Shown here: piece by piece, positions 7,599 to 16,748 of the stretch
How the letters are laid out: each line of letters starts with the position of its first letter
Numbering within the stretch: the stretch's first letter is position 1
NCBI GenBank assembly: GCA_964400475.1
Contig: CAYNTH010000001.1
Coordinates: forward strand, 73,957-137,956
Direction: 5' to 3'
DNA length: 64,000 nucleotides
Origin: an uncultured archaeon
Lineage (GTDB): Archaea; Aenigmatarchaeota; Aenigmatarchaeia; CG10238-14; SCSR01
Notes under the pieces: generated by a model
Seen by the model: only the letters and a program-made list of their open reading frames with translations
The model's database searches: none
Told to the model about the DNA's origin: nothing
Program-made: the position numbers and the translations under genes

Positions 7599-9305
7599 AT
7601 GAGAATTTTACAGTTGCATTCAGACTATATAATATACAAGCCCGTGAAGAAGGAAATTAAGAATGCTGAAGAAGCTGAAGAAGTTTCTAATAAAATTGAA
7701 GATGTTTTGGTTCTTTTTACCTGTGTTGAAAAAGGCGACAATGGGGATATTGCAAAGAAAGCAATAGAAGATGCAAGAGATTTTATGGAGAACATAAAAG
7801 TTGATAAAATTCTACTTTATCCCTATGCTCATTTGAGTAACAATTTGGCGAGCCCTAGAAGTGCTTTGGATATTCTAAAACATATGGAAGTTGTATCAAA
7901 TGATATGGACATTGAGACCTATAGAGCTCCATTCGGGTGGGCGAAGGAATTCACGATTTCGGTAAAAGGTCATCCCCTGGCAGAACAATCGAGGAGATAC
8001 CCGGAAAATGGAAATGTTGTTGAAAAAGATAACACCGAGGACGATAGAACATTAGAGCAGAAAAAATCCAGGATGTTCAGGACTTCTAGAACAGCTGTAG
8101 AGGATTTACCAGAAAACGATCACAGGAGACTTGGTCAAAAATTAGATCTGTTCAGCTTTCATGATGCTGCTCCAGGCATGCCGTTTTTTCACAATAATGG
8201 TATGATTATTAGAAATCAATTACTCCGATTTTGGAAGGATGAACATAATAAAGAGAATTATCAAGAGATAAAAACGCCTATTTTATTGAATAAGAATTTG
8301 TGGGAAATCAGCGGTCATTGGGATCACTACAGAAAGAATATGTATTTTACAAATATAGATGATGAATCATATGCTATTAAACCTATGAATTGTCCGGGAG
8401 GGATTCTGATATTCAAAAATAATATAGTGTCTTATAGAGATTTGCCGATGAGAGTAGCTGAATTGGGTTTGGTACACCGACACGAATTGTCTGGTGTTTT
8501 GTCAGGATTGTTCCGAGTTAGATCATTCACCCAGGACGACGCCCACATATACATGACACAAGACCAGATAAAAGATGAGATAATAGGTGTAATCAACCTT
8601 ACTAAGAGATTTTATGAAACTTTTGGGTTTGAATTTCATGTTGAACTTTCTACCAAGCCAGATAATTCGATTGGAACCGATGAACAATGGGAATTGGCCG
8701 AGGCGGGGCTGAAATCAGCTTTGGACGAAATTGATATGGATTATAAATTGAATCCTGGTGACGGAGCGTTCTATGGACCGAAAATAGATTTTCATATAGA
8801 AGATGCAATGGAAAGGACATGGCAATGTGGTACAATACAGTTAGATATGACAATGCCCGAAAAATTCGATTTGAATTATACTGGAGAGGACGGTAAGCCC
8901 CACAGGGTTGTAATGGTTCATAGGACCATTATGGGTTCTATAGAGCGTTTCATGGGGATACTAATTGAGCATTTCAATGGAAATTTCCCGGTATGGCTGG
9001 CTCCTATCCAGCTAATAGTTATTCCGATAACCGATAAGAATTTGGAATATGCTAAGAAAATAGAGCAGAAGTTTAGTGGGGCTTGTATACGCTCGGAAAT
9101 TGATAGTAGTTCAAACACGATGGATTATAAAATAAGAGATGCCCAGTTGAAAAAAATACCATACATGATTGTAATCGGGGACAAGGAAGAAGATAAAGAG
9201 AATATTTCAGTAAGAGATAGGGACGGAAAAGTCAGACATAATGTAGATGTGTCTGAATTCAAAAAAGAAATTCTAGACAAGATAGAAAATAAGAAAATAG
9301 ATTAG
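7599..9305 (+). CDS. thrS: threonyl-tRNA synthetase (archaeal editing domain + bacterial-type catalytic core)
   Basis: N-term MRILQLH, YPYAHLS, APFGW.K, KGHPLAE; core DHRRLG, KPMNCPG, GLFRVRSFTQDDAH, GAFYGPKID; GGAGGT SD. Confidence 0.96.
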   Translation: MRILQLHSDYIIYKPVKKEIKNAEEAEEVSNKIEDVLVLFTCVEKGDNGDIAKKAIEDARDFMENIKVDKILLYPYAHLSNNLASPRSALDILKHMEVVSNDMDIETYRAPFGWAKEFTISVKGHPLAEQSRRYPENGNVVEKDNTEDDRTLEQKKSRMFRTSRTAVEDLPENDHRRLGQKLDLFSFHDAAPGMPFFHNNGMIIRNQLLRFWKDEHNKENYQEIKTPILLNKNLWEISGHWDHYRKNMYFTNIDDESYAIKPMNCPGGILIFKNNIVSYRDLPMRVAELGLVHRHELSGVLSGLFRVRSFTQDDAHIYMTQDQIKDEIIGVINLTKRFYETFGFEFHVELSTKPDNSIGTDEQWELAEAGLKSALDEIDMDYKLNPGDGAFYGPKIDFHIEDAMERTWQCGTIQLDMTMPEKFDLNYTGEDGKPHRVVMVHRTIMGSIERFMGILIEHFNGNFPVWLAPIQLIVIPITDKNLEYAKKIEQKFSGACIRSEIDSSSNTMDYKIRDAQLKKIPYMIVIGDKEEDKENISVRDRDGKVRHNVDVSEFKKEILDKIENKKID

Positions 9306-9307
9306 AT

Positions 9308-10123
9308 TTATTTTTCGAATGGTTTACTCTTATTCCAAGCAAGATTGAATAATGGATTGAGAATCCCGTCTGCAACATGTGAACTCTTGCTCCATATTGC
9401 GAGATCCTGCGTTGAGTGTACACTCGAATCCGTTAACGGTAGTAAAGTTTCCTTTCCATCTACAATTAAGAACTTTCCAGATATGTGGATTTCTTTCTTT
9501 GATAAATTTCTCACATCGGCTATATCTGACAAAGATTTCATATCTATCTCTTTATTAGAAGCATCTGTTGCTATTTTGATATTGACTCCTCGTTTATTTG
9601 CCTCTTTCAATGTATCGAAGTGTTCTGAATAGAAATCTTTCAACCCTTCTCTATTAAGAACAATGTTTATATTATTGTCCGCGCCCTTTAACATAGAATT
9701 AATTTGCTGTGAAACCGAATATTTGCCTTTTATAGATCCTGTCAATTCCTCTGGACTGACCAATTTCATTCCTTTTTCGTATAATTCATTCAGTTCTTTC
9801 ATAACTGGTGATTCTTTCAATCTCTCAACTTTATTACGAGCAGCAACAATATCTTCAACCAATTTTTCCTTAATTCGATCCAACGCATTATCGGGTGATA
9901 CTGCAACGTATTTGATTGGTTTCCCCGTTTGGACTACTACGAATCCTTTATCTGCCAAGCTTTGTAAAATATCGTATGACCTTGACCTTGGAACGTTTGC
10001 TATTTCAGAAAGTTCACCAGCAGTTGATGTCCCGCGAGCAAGCAATGCAATCCACAGTTTTCTTTCATACAGGTTCAATCCAATCCCTTTGAGGGAATCC
10101 ATAACCTCCGATGATGCCAACAT
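9308..10123 (-). CDS. TrmB-family transcriptional regulator
   Basis: GLNLYE...ALL, TAGELSEIANVPRSRSYDIL.SL..KGFV; C-terminal PLD-like effector domain. Confidence 0.9.
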   Translation of the reverse strand: MLASSEVMDSLKGIGLNLYERKLWIALLARGTSTAGELSEIANVPRSRSYDILQSLADKGFVVVQTGKPIKYVAVSPDNALDRIKEKLVEDIVAARNKVERLKESPVMKELNELYEKGMKLVSPEELTGSIKGKYSVSQQINSMLKGADNNINIVLNREGLKDFYSEHFDTLKEANKRGVNIKIATDASNKEIDMKSLSDIADVRNLSKKEIHISGKFLIVDGKETLLPLTDSSVHSTQDLAIWSKSSHVADGILNPLFNLAWNKSKPFEK

Positions 10124-10204
10124 ATTAAATACCTTTGTTTTAACTAAATAGTGATTTAATATATAAGTTTTTATATCTTACAAGTAGTGCCACTTTCTCG
10201 ATAT

Positions 10205-11884
10205 TCAGCCGTTATGTTGATTTTTATAAATTCTTTTTATCCTTTCAACAGTGTCAACGTTTTCAGGTCCTTTATCAGCGCTTCTGTCGCGTATAAGCCT
10301 AGGGAATCTTAACGCAAATCCAGATTCATATTTTGGCGATTTTTGTATTTCTTCATATCCGATTTCGAATACTATTTCTGGTCTTATTTCTACTCTCCGT
10401 CCCTCTTCATTTGTTATCAACGGTTTCAGTTTTTTGGTCATACCTTCGAATTGTTCGTCTGTTAATCCAGTTCCCATCATCCCGCATGATAAAAATTCAT
10501 TTGTCTTTTCATCCCTGCAACCTAATATGAAACTACTCAACCAATTCGTTCTTTTTCCCGTTCCCCATTCAGCTCCCGTTATTGCCAAATCCAATGGCTC
10601 CATTATTGGTTTAACCTTCAACCAATATCCAACTCTTCTACCTGGCTGATAATTCGATTCCAAATTTTTGACTATTACTCCTTCGTGTCCATCTTTTAGT
10701 GATTTGTTATAGAATATTTTCGCTTCATCGATATCTTTCGTTACTATCTGATTCGCTAATTGGAGTTCCCCTGTTTTTGGGTTTATTGTCTTTTCCAATT
10801 TTTTTCTACGTTCCTTCAACGGCAAATCTAATAGAGGTTTCCCGTTTAACAACAGTATATCGAAAATGTTCACTTGTATTGGGATTTCATTAACCATTTT
10901 CTTAATATCGTACTTTCTTTGTATTCTTTGTGACAGGGTTTGGAATGGTAACGGTCTTTTAGTTTTGTCATCTATTGCCAATATCTCTCCGTCCAAGATA
11001 CATTTTTTAACATCTTTTTTAACATTTTTCCTTACCATCTTAACTAAGTCCGGGAATTGCTTAGTCACGTCTTCCAATCTTCTGGTGAAGATTTTGATAT
11101 CGTCACCGTCTTTATGAATTTGTACACGCGCTCCGTCGTATTTAGTTTCTATCGCAACTTCGTCGAATTTATTTACAGCTGTTTCCAAATCCGGCGCTTT
11201 TTCTGCTAGAAGAACTTGAACAGATGTTCCCATCTCTATTTCAACTTGTTTTAATCCGGTATCTCCATCAGATTTTGCAATTTTGATAATTTCACCATAA
11301 TCGGGCATCATGTTCCATGCGTGTTCCACATTTTTCGCCTTAACATCGAACGCCTTTGAGATCGCATCTCTGAGTATGCCTTCGGCCACTCCTATTCTCA
11401 ATGTACCCAGCGAAGTTCTCACTATATACTTTGCTTCAATAGGCGTTGCCGATGTCAGAAGTTCTGCAATCACATTCAATTTTCTATTCTGCGAACCCTT
11501 ACCACTGATTTCCGGGAGTTTCTTAAGACTGTTGAATACTTTTTTTATTGTCAATTTACGCTCCATTAACGTTGACTGTGTTTTAGATTCGATCAGTCCT
11601 TGTGCCACCTTACCCAAATCCCCGGTCTCTTTGAATTTTTCGGTTATTTTTTTCATTGAATGACCTGTGGCTTTGTTAATAACACGTTTCATCATTTTTT
11701 GTGCGATACCCAAATCTTCTTTTGATGACGCTGGAAAGACTTTTCCAGTGACGAGTAATGCAATTCTACTTAAATCATCTTGGTTAACTTTTCTCAAGAA
11801 CTCCGCCAAGATATCTCTTTTATCATGTTTAGATGATGTCTTTTCTAGTTTCGAGTAGATGTCCGCAAGTTTAGAATACAGCAT
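10205..11884 (-). CDS. lig: ATP-dependent DNA ligase
   Basis: ETKYDGARVQIH (motif I), ILDGE, EGVIVK, WLKVK, ALRFPR; start set to ATG 11884. Confidence 0.96.
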   Translation of the reverse strand: MLYSKLADIYSKLEKTSSKHDKRDILAEFLRKVNQDDLSRIALLVTGKVFPASSKEDLGIAQKMMKRVINKATGHSMKKITEKFKETGDLGKVAQGLIESKTQSTLMERKLTIKKVFNSLKKLPEISGKGSQNRKLNVIAELLTSATPIEAKYIVRTSLGTLRIGVAEGILRDAISKAFDVKAKNVEHAWNMMPDYGEIIKIAKSDGDTGLKQVEIEMGTSVQVLLAEKAPDLETAVNKFDEVAIETKYDGARVQIHKDGDDIKIFTRRLEDVTKQFPDLVKMVRKNVKKDVKKCILDGEILAIDDKTKRPLPFQTLSQRIQRKYDIKKMVNEIPIQVNIFDILLLNGKPLLDLPLKERRKKLEKTINPKTGELQLANQIVTKDIDEAKIFYNKSLKDGHEGVIVKNLESNYQPGRRVGYWLKVKPIMEPLDLAITGAEWGTGKRTNWLSSFILGCRDEKTNEFLSCGMMGTGLTDEQFEGMTKKLKPLITNEEGRRVEIRPEIVFEIGYEEIQKSPKYESGFALRFPRLIRDRSADKGPENVDTVERIKRIYKNQHNG

Positions 11885-11971
11885 ATGTTTCACTACCAAC
11901 AATCAAGATTTAAATTGTAATATCTTTATAGTTTTCTATAAAATCTTGATTAAACAGCATTTGATGAGTAG

Positions 11972-12169
11972 ATGATGATGCCGGTAATGGAAAAACATAG
12001 AATAATATACAATCGATGGGAATTTGGGTTTTGTGAAAATTGCAAGGGCAATCCATCACCCTCTAAGATGGTAAAAAATTTTCTTGTTTCTGGTGACCCT
12101 TCAAGTAAGTACAAATCGACTAAGGAAATCTGGGTTTGTAGTAAATGTGGTTATAGCAGAGAATTCTAG
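11972..12169 (+). CDS. small Zn-ribbon protein
   Basis: CENC...WVCSKCGY, 65 aa. Confidence 0.65.
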   Translation: MMMPVMEKHRIIYNRWEFGFCENCKGNPSPSKMVKNFLVSGDPSSKYKSTKEIWVCSKCGYSREF

Positions 12170-12237
12170 TTATTACCGATGGAAAAGAATTTTACATTCA
12201 AATTCTAATTAGAATTAGGGATAGAGGTGAAAATGAA

Positions 12238-12924
12238 TTGAACGTTTTTGACTGTATTTTTAGGAGAAGGAGTACTCGTAGTTTTAAGGATGAAGATGTG
12301 GACGACAAACTAATAGGAGTAATGTTATCTGCCGCTGTTCATGCCCCTTCTGCAGGGAATACACAGGAGTGGCATTTCATAGTAGTTAAGGATGATAAGG
12401 TAAAAGAAAAATTGTCTAATGCTGCTTTAAACCAGAGATTCATATCTAAAGCCCCAGTTGTCATAGTTGTTTGTATTGATAAAGAAAAGATAGAGTTGAA
12501 ATATGGTAAGAGAGGATTGAATTTTTATTCTCTACAAGACACAGCCGCTGCTACTATGAATATTTTGTTATCTGCAGAGGCGCTGGGGTTGAGCACGTGT
12601 TGGGTAGGGGCATTTGATGATGAAAAGGTTGGACATATTCTTAAACTTCCCAATCAATTGAGAGTGGCATCCATAGTTCCTGTAGGATATTCGGACGAGA
12701 ATGCAGTGAAGCCTAGGAGAATACCATTCGAAAGATTGACGCATGTTGACCAATATAATAGAAAATATCCAATATCAGAAGCCGTCAAGAAAGAAGGTGG
12801 GAAGGAGCTGAAGTTTAAACCATTGGGTAATTATATAGAGGACGTTTTGAAAGACAGGAAGTCGAAAAAGAAGAAAAAAGAGAGAACGACCTTCAAGGAC
12901 TTCATAAATAAATTGAGATCATAG
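12238..12924 (+). CDS. nitroreductase-family protein
   Basis: RRSTRSF, APSAGNTQEWHF, GLSTCWVGAF, VPVGY; GAGGTGA SD. Confidence 0.92.
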   Translation: MNVFDCIFRRRSTRSFKDEDVDDKLIGVMLSAAVHAPSAGNTQEWHFIVVKDDKVKEKLSNAALNQRFISKAPVVIVVCIDKEKIELKYGKRGLNFYSLQDTAAATMNILLSAEALGLSTCWVGAFDDEKVGHILKLPNQLRVASIVPVGYSDENAVKPRRIPFERLTHVDQYNRKYPISEAVKKEGGKELKFKPLGNYIEDVLKDRKSKKKKKERTTFKDFINKLRS

Positions 12925-12997
12925 TGTGTAGAAACAAATTTCTTTGGTTAAATTAAATTTAATAATGCAGAGAAGCAATTTTTATTATATAAAATAG

Positions 12998-14482
12998 ATG
13001 GTAGATGAGATGAATATTTGGAAACATTTGAATCTGGGAAAAAAGACGTTTATTTTTTATCTAATTTTCGTGTGTTTTGTATCCTATTTAATTAGTAGTT
13101 CTGTTATGGTATTTGCTGCAAGTGATTCAGTGAGTTTAGATTTTTCCAAATCTGAAATCACGATAAACACCACTAAAACGGAATATGTTGAGATAACTGT
13201 TGTAAATAATCAAACTATAGAAGATACTTTTTCACTTTCAGTTTGGCCCCATGAAACATGGGAAGGCATAACTCCCAATTTAGAGAGATATACAGCCAGA
13301 TTGGAACCAGATACTCAGAAGACTGTTAAATTATATTTGACGGTTTCCTCGGATGCCGATGAGATAATAACCACTTTCTTAGTTACCGCAAAGTCTAATA
13401 CAAATTCGAATGTTACTGCATCCGATGAATTGAGAGTAAGGGTTTTAAGGGAAACTTCTGTTTATATTTCCGATATATCCTTGGACAAATATTTGTTGGA
13501 CCAGGGCGAATGTGTAAACATAACATCGTCGATCACCAATCTGGATGCATCAGATGGTCCTTTCAAATTAAATACCAGAATAAGGAAAGGCACAGATGTT
13601 ATAGAGAGTTTCGATAATGAAGTTCCTTATGTGAAGGGCAAAAGCATAGAGAAAGTCATCAATCAATATTGTTTTGATAAATACGCCGAGTCAGGAAGAT
13701 ATACTATACTATCAGAATTGAGGACGGAACTTAACAAGAAACTAGATAGTAGGACAGAAACCCTTAAGATAACAGATATCAGTGATATAGAGTTGGAAAA
13801 AGATGTCCAGTATACGCCGTTTGCACAGATAAAGACCATAACTGTTAAAAACGAAGGAAATACGATAGAAACTGATTTCTATGTTACCGAAACGGTCTCC
13901 AGTTTTGTTAACAAGATATTCTATCCTATAGATCAGCCAACATCTACCGAAGAACAAGATAATAAATATACTTATAGTTGGGAAATTGAGAGCCTATCCC
14001 CTGGGGAATCGATGCAGATACAATATGAGATAAGGTATGTGAGCATATGGTTCACGGGGCTGGTGATAATACTTTTAGTGATATTGGCGTTTTCCTATGT
14101 ATACACTCCAAGGATAACCAAGAAGTATAATCTCGTTGGTAGTTTGAAGAAGGGAAAGGAAATTCCTATAATGTTGGAGATAAAGAATTCGACAATCCAC
14201 GAAATTAAGAATGTTGTTGTAGAAGATTCCGTAACACCTATTGCAACATTGGTCAGTAAATTTGATACGATGAAACCAAAATCAAAGAAAACAGATACTG
14301 GTACACAATTGACGTGGAAAATTAAATCATTGAAGCCCCTGGAAGAAAGGGTGTTGACGTACAGGATAAAACCGAATGTTGATATAATAGGCAGTATGAG
14401 ACTTCCTAAAGCTACGATGGAGTATTTAAACAACAAAAAGGAGAAAAAAGTTGTTGCAAGCAAGTCAGTGGAAATTAAATAA
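12998..14482 (+). CDS. secreted/membrane protein with beta-rich (Ig-like) domains
   Basis: N-terminal signal/TM, beta-rich extracellular part, internal TM near residue 350, C-terminal DUF11-like segment. Confidence 0.6.
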   Translation: MVDEMNIWKHLNLGKKTFIFYLIFVCFVSYLISSSVMVFAASDSVSLDFSKSEITINTTKTEYVEITVVNNQTIEDTFSLSVWPHETWEGITPNLERYTARLEPDTQKTVKLYLTVSSDADEIITTFLVTAKSNTNSNVTASDELRVRVLRETSVYISDISLDKYLLDQGECVNITSSITNLDASDGPFKLNTRIRKGTDVIESFDNEVPYVKGKSIEKVINQYCFDKYAESGRYTILSELRTELNKKLDSRTETLKITDISDIELEKDVQYTPFAQIKTITVKNEGNTIETDFYVTETVSSFVNKIFYPIDQPTSTEEQDNKYTYSWEIESLSPGESMQIQYEIRYVSIWFTGLVIILLVILAFSYVYTPRITKKYNLVGSLKKGKEIPIMLEIKNSTIHEIKNVVVEDSVTPIATLVSKFDTMKPKSKKTDTGTQLTWKIKSLKPLEERVLTYRIKPNVDIIGSMRLPKATMEYLNNKKEKKVVASKSVEIK

Positions 14483-14551
14483 ATATAACAATAAAACTTT
14501 TATATTCTTTTTAAGATAGAATTTTAAACTGAGTTGCCCCACTGTTAAATA

Positions 14552-14666
14552 CCCGAAGTAGCTCAATGGCAGAGCATCCGGCTGTAGACGAGTACATCTG
14601 TGCTTGTTAATAGCTCTTGCTCGGACAGAAACCGGGGGGTTGGGAGTTCGAATCTCCTCTTCGGGA
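14552..14666 (+). tRNA. tRNA-Tyr(GTA) with canonical 37/38 intron (approx. 14588-14630)
   Basis: C1-G72 acceptor CCCGAAG/CTTCGGG, anticodon GTA, CTGT/ACAG BHB central helix. Confidence 0.93.
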
Positions 14667-14738
14667 TTCAACCTTTAAAATGACTGAAAACCGATAAATT
14701 TAAAATATTTAAGAATGTAAGATAATAAAATATAGTTT

Positions 14739-14856
14739 AGTTGGCGGCCAAAGTGAGCATGAAACATCTGTTCCCATCTCGAACACAGCAATTAAGATGT
14801 TCAACGAATTGGGTTGTACTGAGCATAGGCTCGGAAACCCCAGGACGCTGCCAACT
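14739..14856 (+). rRNA. rrf: 5S rRNA (stand-alone)
   Basis: Terminal helix GTTGGCGGC/GCTGCCAAC, conserved CCCATCTCGAAC loop, TTAAG, GTACT; approx. 118 nt. Confidence 0.9.
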
Positions 14857-14882
14857 TTAATAATTATGACAAAATGCGAGGC

Positions 14883-14973
14883 ACCCAGGTGAAATCTTGA
14901 ATACCAAAAAAAATATTAACTGGTTCTTTAGCAAAAGAAAAAAGGAAGATTTATCTTTAGATATCAACTGGGT
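14883..14973. repeat. imperfect 15-bp inverted repeat with a third partial copy, flanking an AT-rich spacer
   Basis: ACCCAGGTGAAATCT (14883-14897) vs reverse complement of 14959-14973 ACCCAGTTGATATCT (13/15); related ATATTAACTGGT at 14913-14924. Confidence 0.6.
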
Positions 14974-15035
14974 AAATTAATAGGTGATTAAAAAATAAGT
15001 GAAATTTGGTATATATCCGATTCTCGGGTAAATAT

Positions 15036-15122
15036 GCCCTGGTGGTGTAGTGGCCTAGCATACAAGCCTGTCAATAATAATGCAGATCGCTTGTGACACG
15101 GGTTCAAATCCCGTCCAGGGCG
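15036..15122 (+). tRNA. tRNA-Asp(GTC) with 14-nt 37/38 intron (15074-15087)
   Basis: Acceptor GCCCTGG/CCAGGGC, anticodon stem CAAGC/GCTTG, CTGT/GCAG central helix. Confidence 0.93.
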
Positions 15123-15161
15123 TTAAAGTTGGCTTGATGTTTGTGTATACAAGGTGTGGTA

Positions 15162-16736
15162 GTGGAAGATAAAGAAAAACCTGTTGACAATGGTAATATC
15201 ACTAGTGTTAAAAGTAACGATGATTATTTTTTGAACATTCTTAATTCTTTTGTTCAAAGGCGGGGTCTTGTGCAATTCCAGATAGACTCTTATAATGATT
15301 TTATAACTAAAACAATACCCGGGGTCCTTAATGAAATAGGTGAAATAGAACCAGATGTTCCTGAATTGGGTAAATTCAAGATAAAACTTGGGGATTTTAG
15401 AATAGGTAAAGAGAATTGGGGTCCATGGTTTAAGGAAGCAGATGGGTCAGAAAGAAGGATATTGCCGATTGAGTCTAGGATAAGGGATTTAACTTATGCT
15501 GTTCCAATGTTTGTTGAAATGACTCCTGTTATGAATGGCGTTGAAGGAGAAACCATTTGGGTCAATTTTGGGGATTTGCCCTTGATGTTGAAGTCAAAAA
15601 TTTGTCCATTATCTACTATGACGGAAAATGAGTTAATCGAAGCCGGTGAAGATCCTGATGACCCCGGTGGGTATTTTATTGTAAATGGTACCGAAAGGAT
15701 ACTGGTTTTAGTCGAGGAAATAGCTCAGAATAAGACCATAGCAGCCAAGGTCAGTTCTGGAACATCTACTGAAATTATAAGAATCCATTCGGAGAAGGAA
15801 GGATATGTCCAGAGGCACATGATTGAACGTAGGAAAAACGGGTTAATAACGATAAGTTTTGCGAATGTCAATAAATTACCAATAGCGATTCTGTTGAAAG
15901 CCCTTGGGTTGGAGAGTGATAAGGATATAATAACAATTTTGTCAAAAGATCCTGATATACGCGAAGAATTTTACATGAATTTATATGAGGCGGGAGTTTC
16001 AAAATCGGAGGAAGCACTCGATAAGATAGGCAAACATATCAAAATACCACAAAAGGAGTATAGAATGTCGAGAGCTGTTAAATTAATTGATAGATATTTG
16101 TTGCCCCACCTTGGTCAAGATTCTTCAAATAGATTCGAGAAAGCGATATTCCTCATAAAGGCCATTGATAAAATTTTGAGATTGCATTTGGGCAAGATTG
16201 AAGAAGACGATTTGGATCATTATTCAAACAAAAGATTGAGATTGTCTGGAGATTTGTTGGAGATTTTGTTGAGGTCGATACTTTTGGGTAAATGGGGCTT
16301 GATAACTCGTATTACATATAATTATCAGAAGTTAGCAAAACGAGGCAGAGTGCCTCCACTACAAGCCATAGTAGAGACTAATGTGTTGACAAATCAATTG
16401 AATTCTGCTTTAGCAATAGGTAGTTGGGTTGGTGGACGAACAGGCGTTAGTCAGCGATTGGAAAGGGGTAGTTATATTAAAACACTCTCCCATATGCGCA
16501 ATGTCCTTTCACCATTGACATCTACCCAAGAACACTTCGAAGCGAGAGAATTACATCCTACTCATTGGGGAAAATTATGTTCTAGTGAAACTCCAGAAGG
16601 AGCTACAATCGGATTGAGAAAGTATCTGGCTATTATGGCTGAAGTTACCAGTGGCATAGGTGAAAAAGATAAGAAAAATTTGGAGAAAATATTGGAAGGG
16701 AATGTAACTCCAATACAAGATTCCATTAAGAAATAA
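15162..16736 (+). CDS. rpoB2: RNA polymerase subunit B'' (Rpo2 N-terminal part)
   Basis: QIDSYNDF, RIRDLTY, DPGGYFIVNGTER, DHYSNKRLRLSG, GVSQRLER, ARELHPTHWG, ETPEG; start GTG 15162 after AAGGTG SD. Confidence 0.96.
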   Translation: MEDKEKPVDNGNITSVKSNDDYFLNILNSFVQRRGLVQFQIDSYNDFITKTIPGVLNEIGEIEPDVPELGKFKIKLGDFRIGKENWGPWFKEADGSERRILPIESRIRDLTYAVPMFVEMTPVMNGVEGETIWVNFGDLPLMLKSKICPLSTMTENELIEAGEDPDDPGGYFIVNGTERILVLVEEIAQNKTIAAKVSSGTSTEIIRIHSEKEGYVQRHMIERRKNGLITISFANVNKLPIAILLKALGLESDKDIITILSKDPDIREEFYMNLYEAGVSKSEEALDKIGKHIKIPQKEYRMSRAVKLIDRYLLPHLGQDSSNRFEKAIFLIKAIDKILRLHLGKIEEDDLDHYSNKRLRLSGDLLEILLRSILLGKWGLITRITYNYQKLAKRGRVPPLQAIVETNVLTNQLNSALAIGSWVGGRTGVSQRLERGSYIKTLSHMRNVLSPLTSTQEHFEARELHPTHWGKLCSSETPEGATIGLRKYLAIMAEVTSGIGEKDKKNLEKILEGNVTPIQDSIKK

Positions 16737-16748
16737 TTTGGTGTTTAA

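Noticed and set aside
14588..14630. Possible nested intron or guide RNA inside the 43-nt tRNA-Tyr intron
   Set aside because: Alternative hairpins exist, but I found no second clean BHB and no C/D boxes.
14465..14671. 68-aa minus-strand ORF
   Set aside because: Antisense to tRNA-Tyr.
14896..14980. Possible 27-aa ORF (LNTKKNINWFFSKRKKEDLSLDINWVN) after an AGGTGA motif
   Set aside because: TTG start, very short, no motif; better explained as part of the inverted-repeat region.
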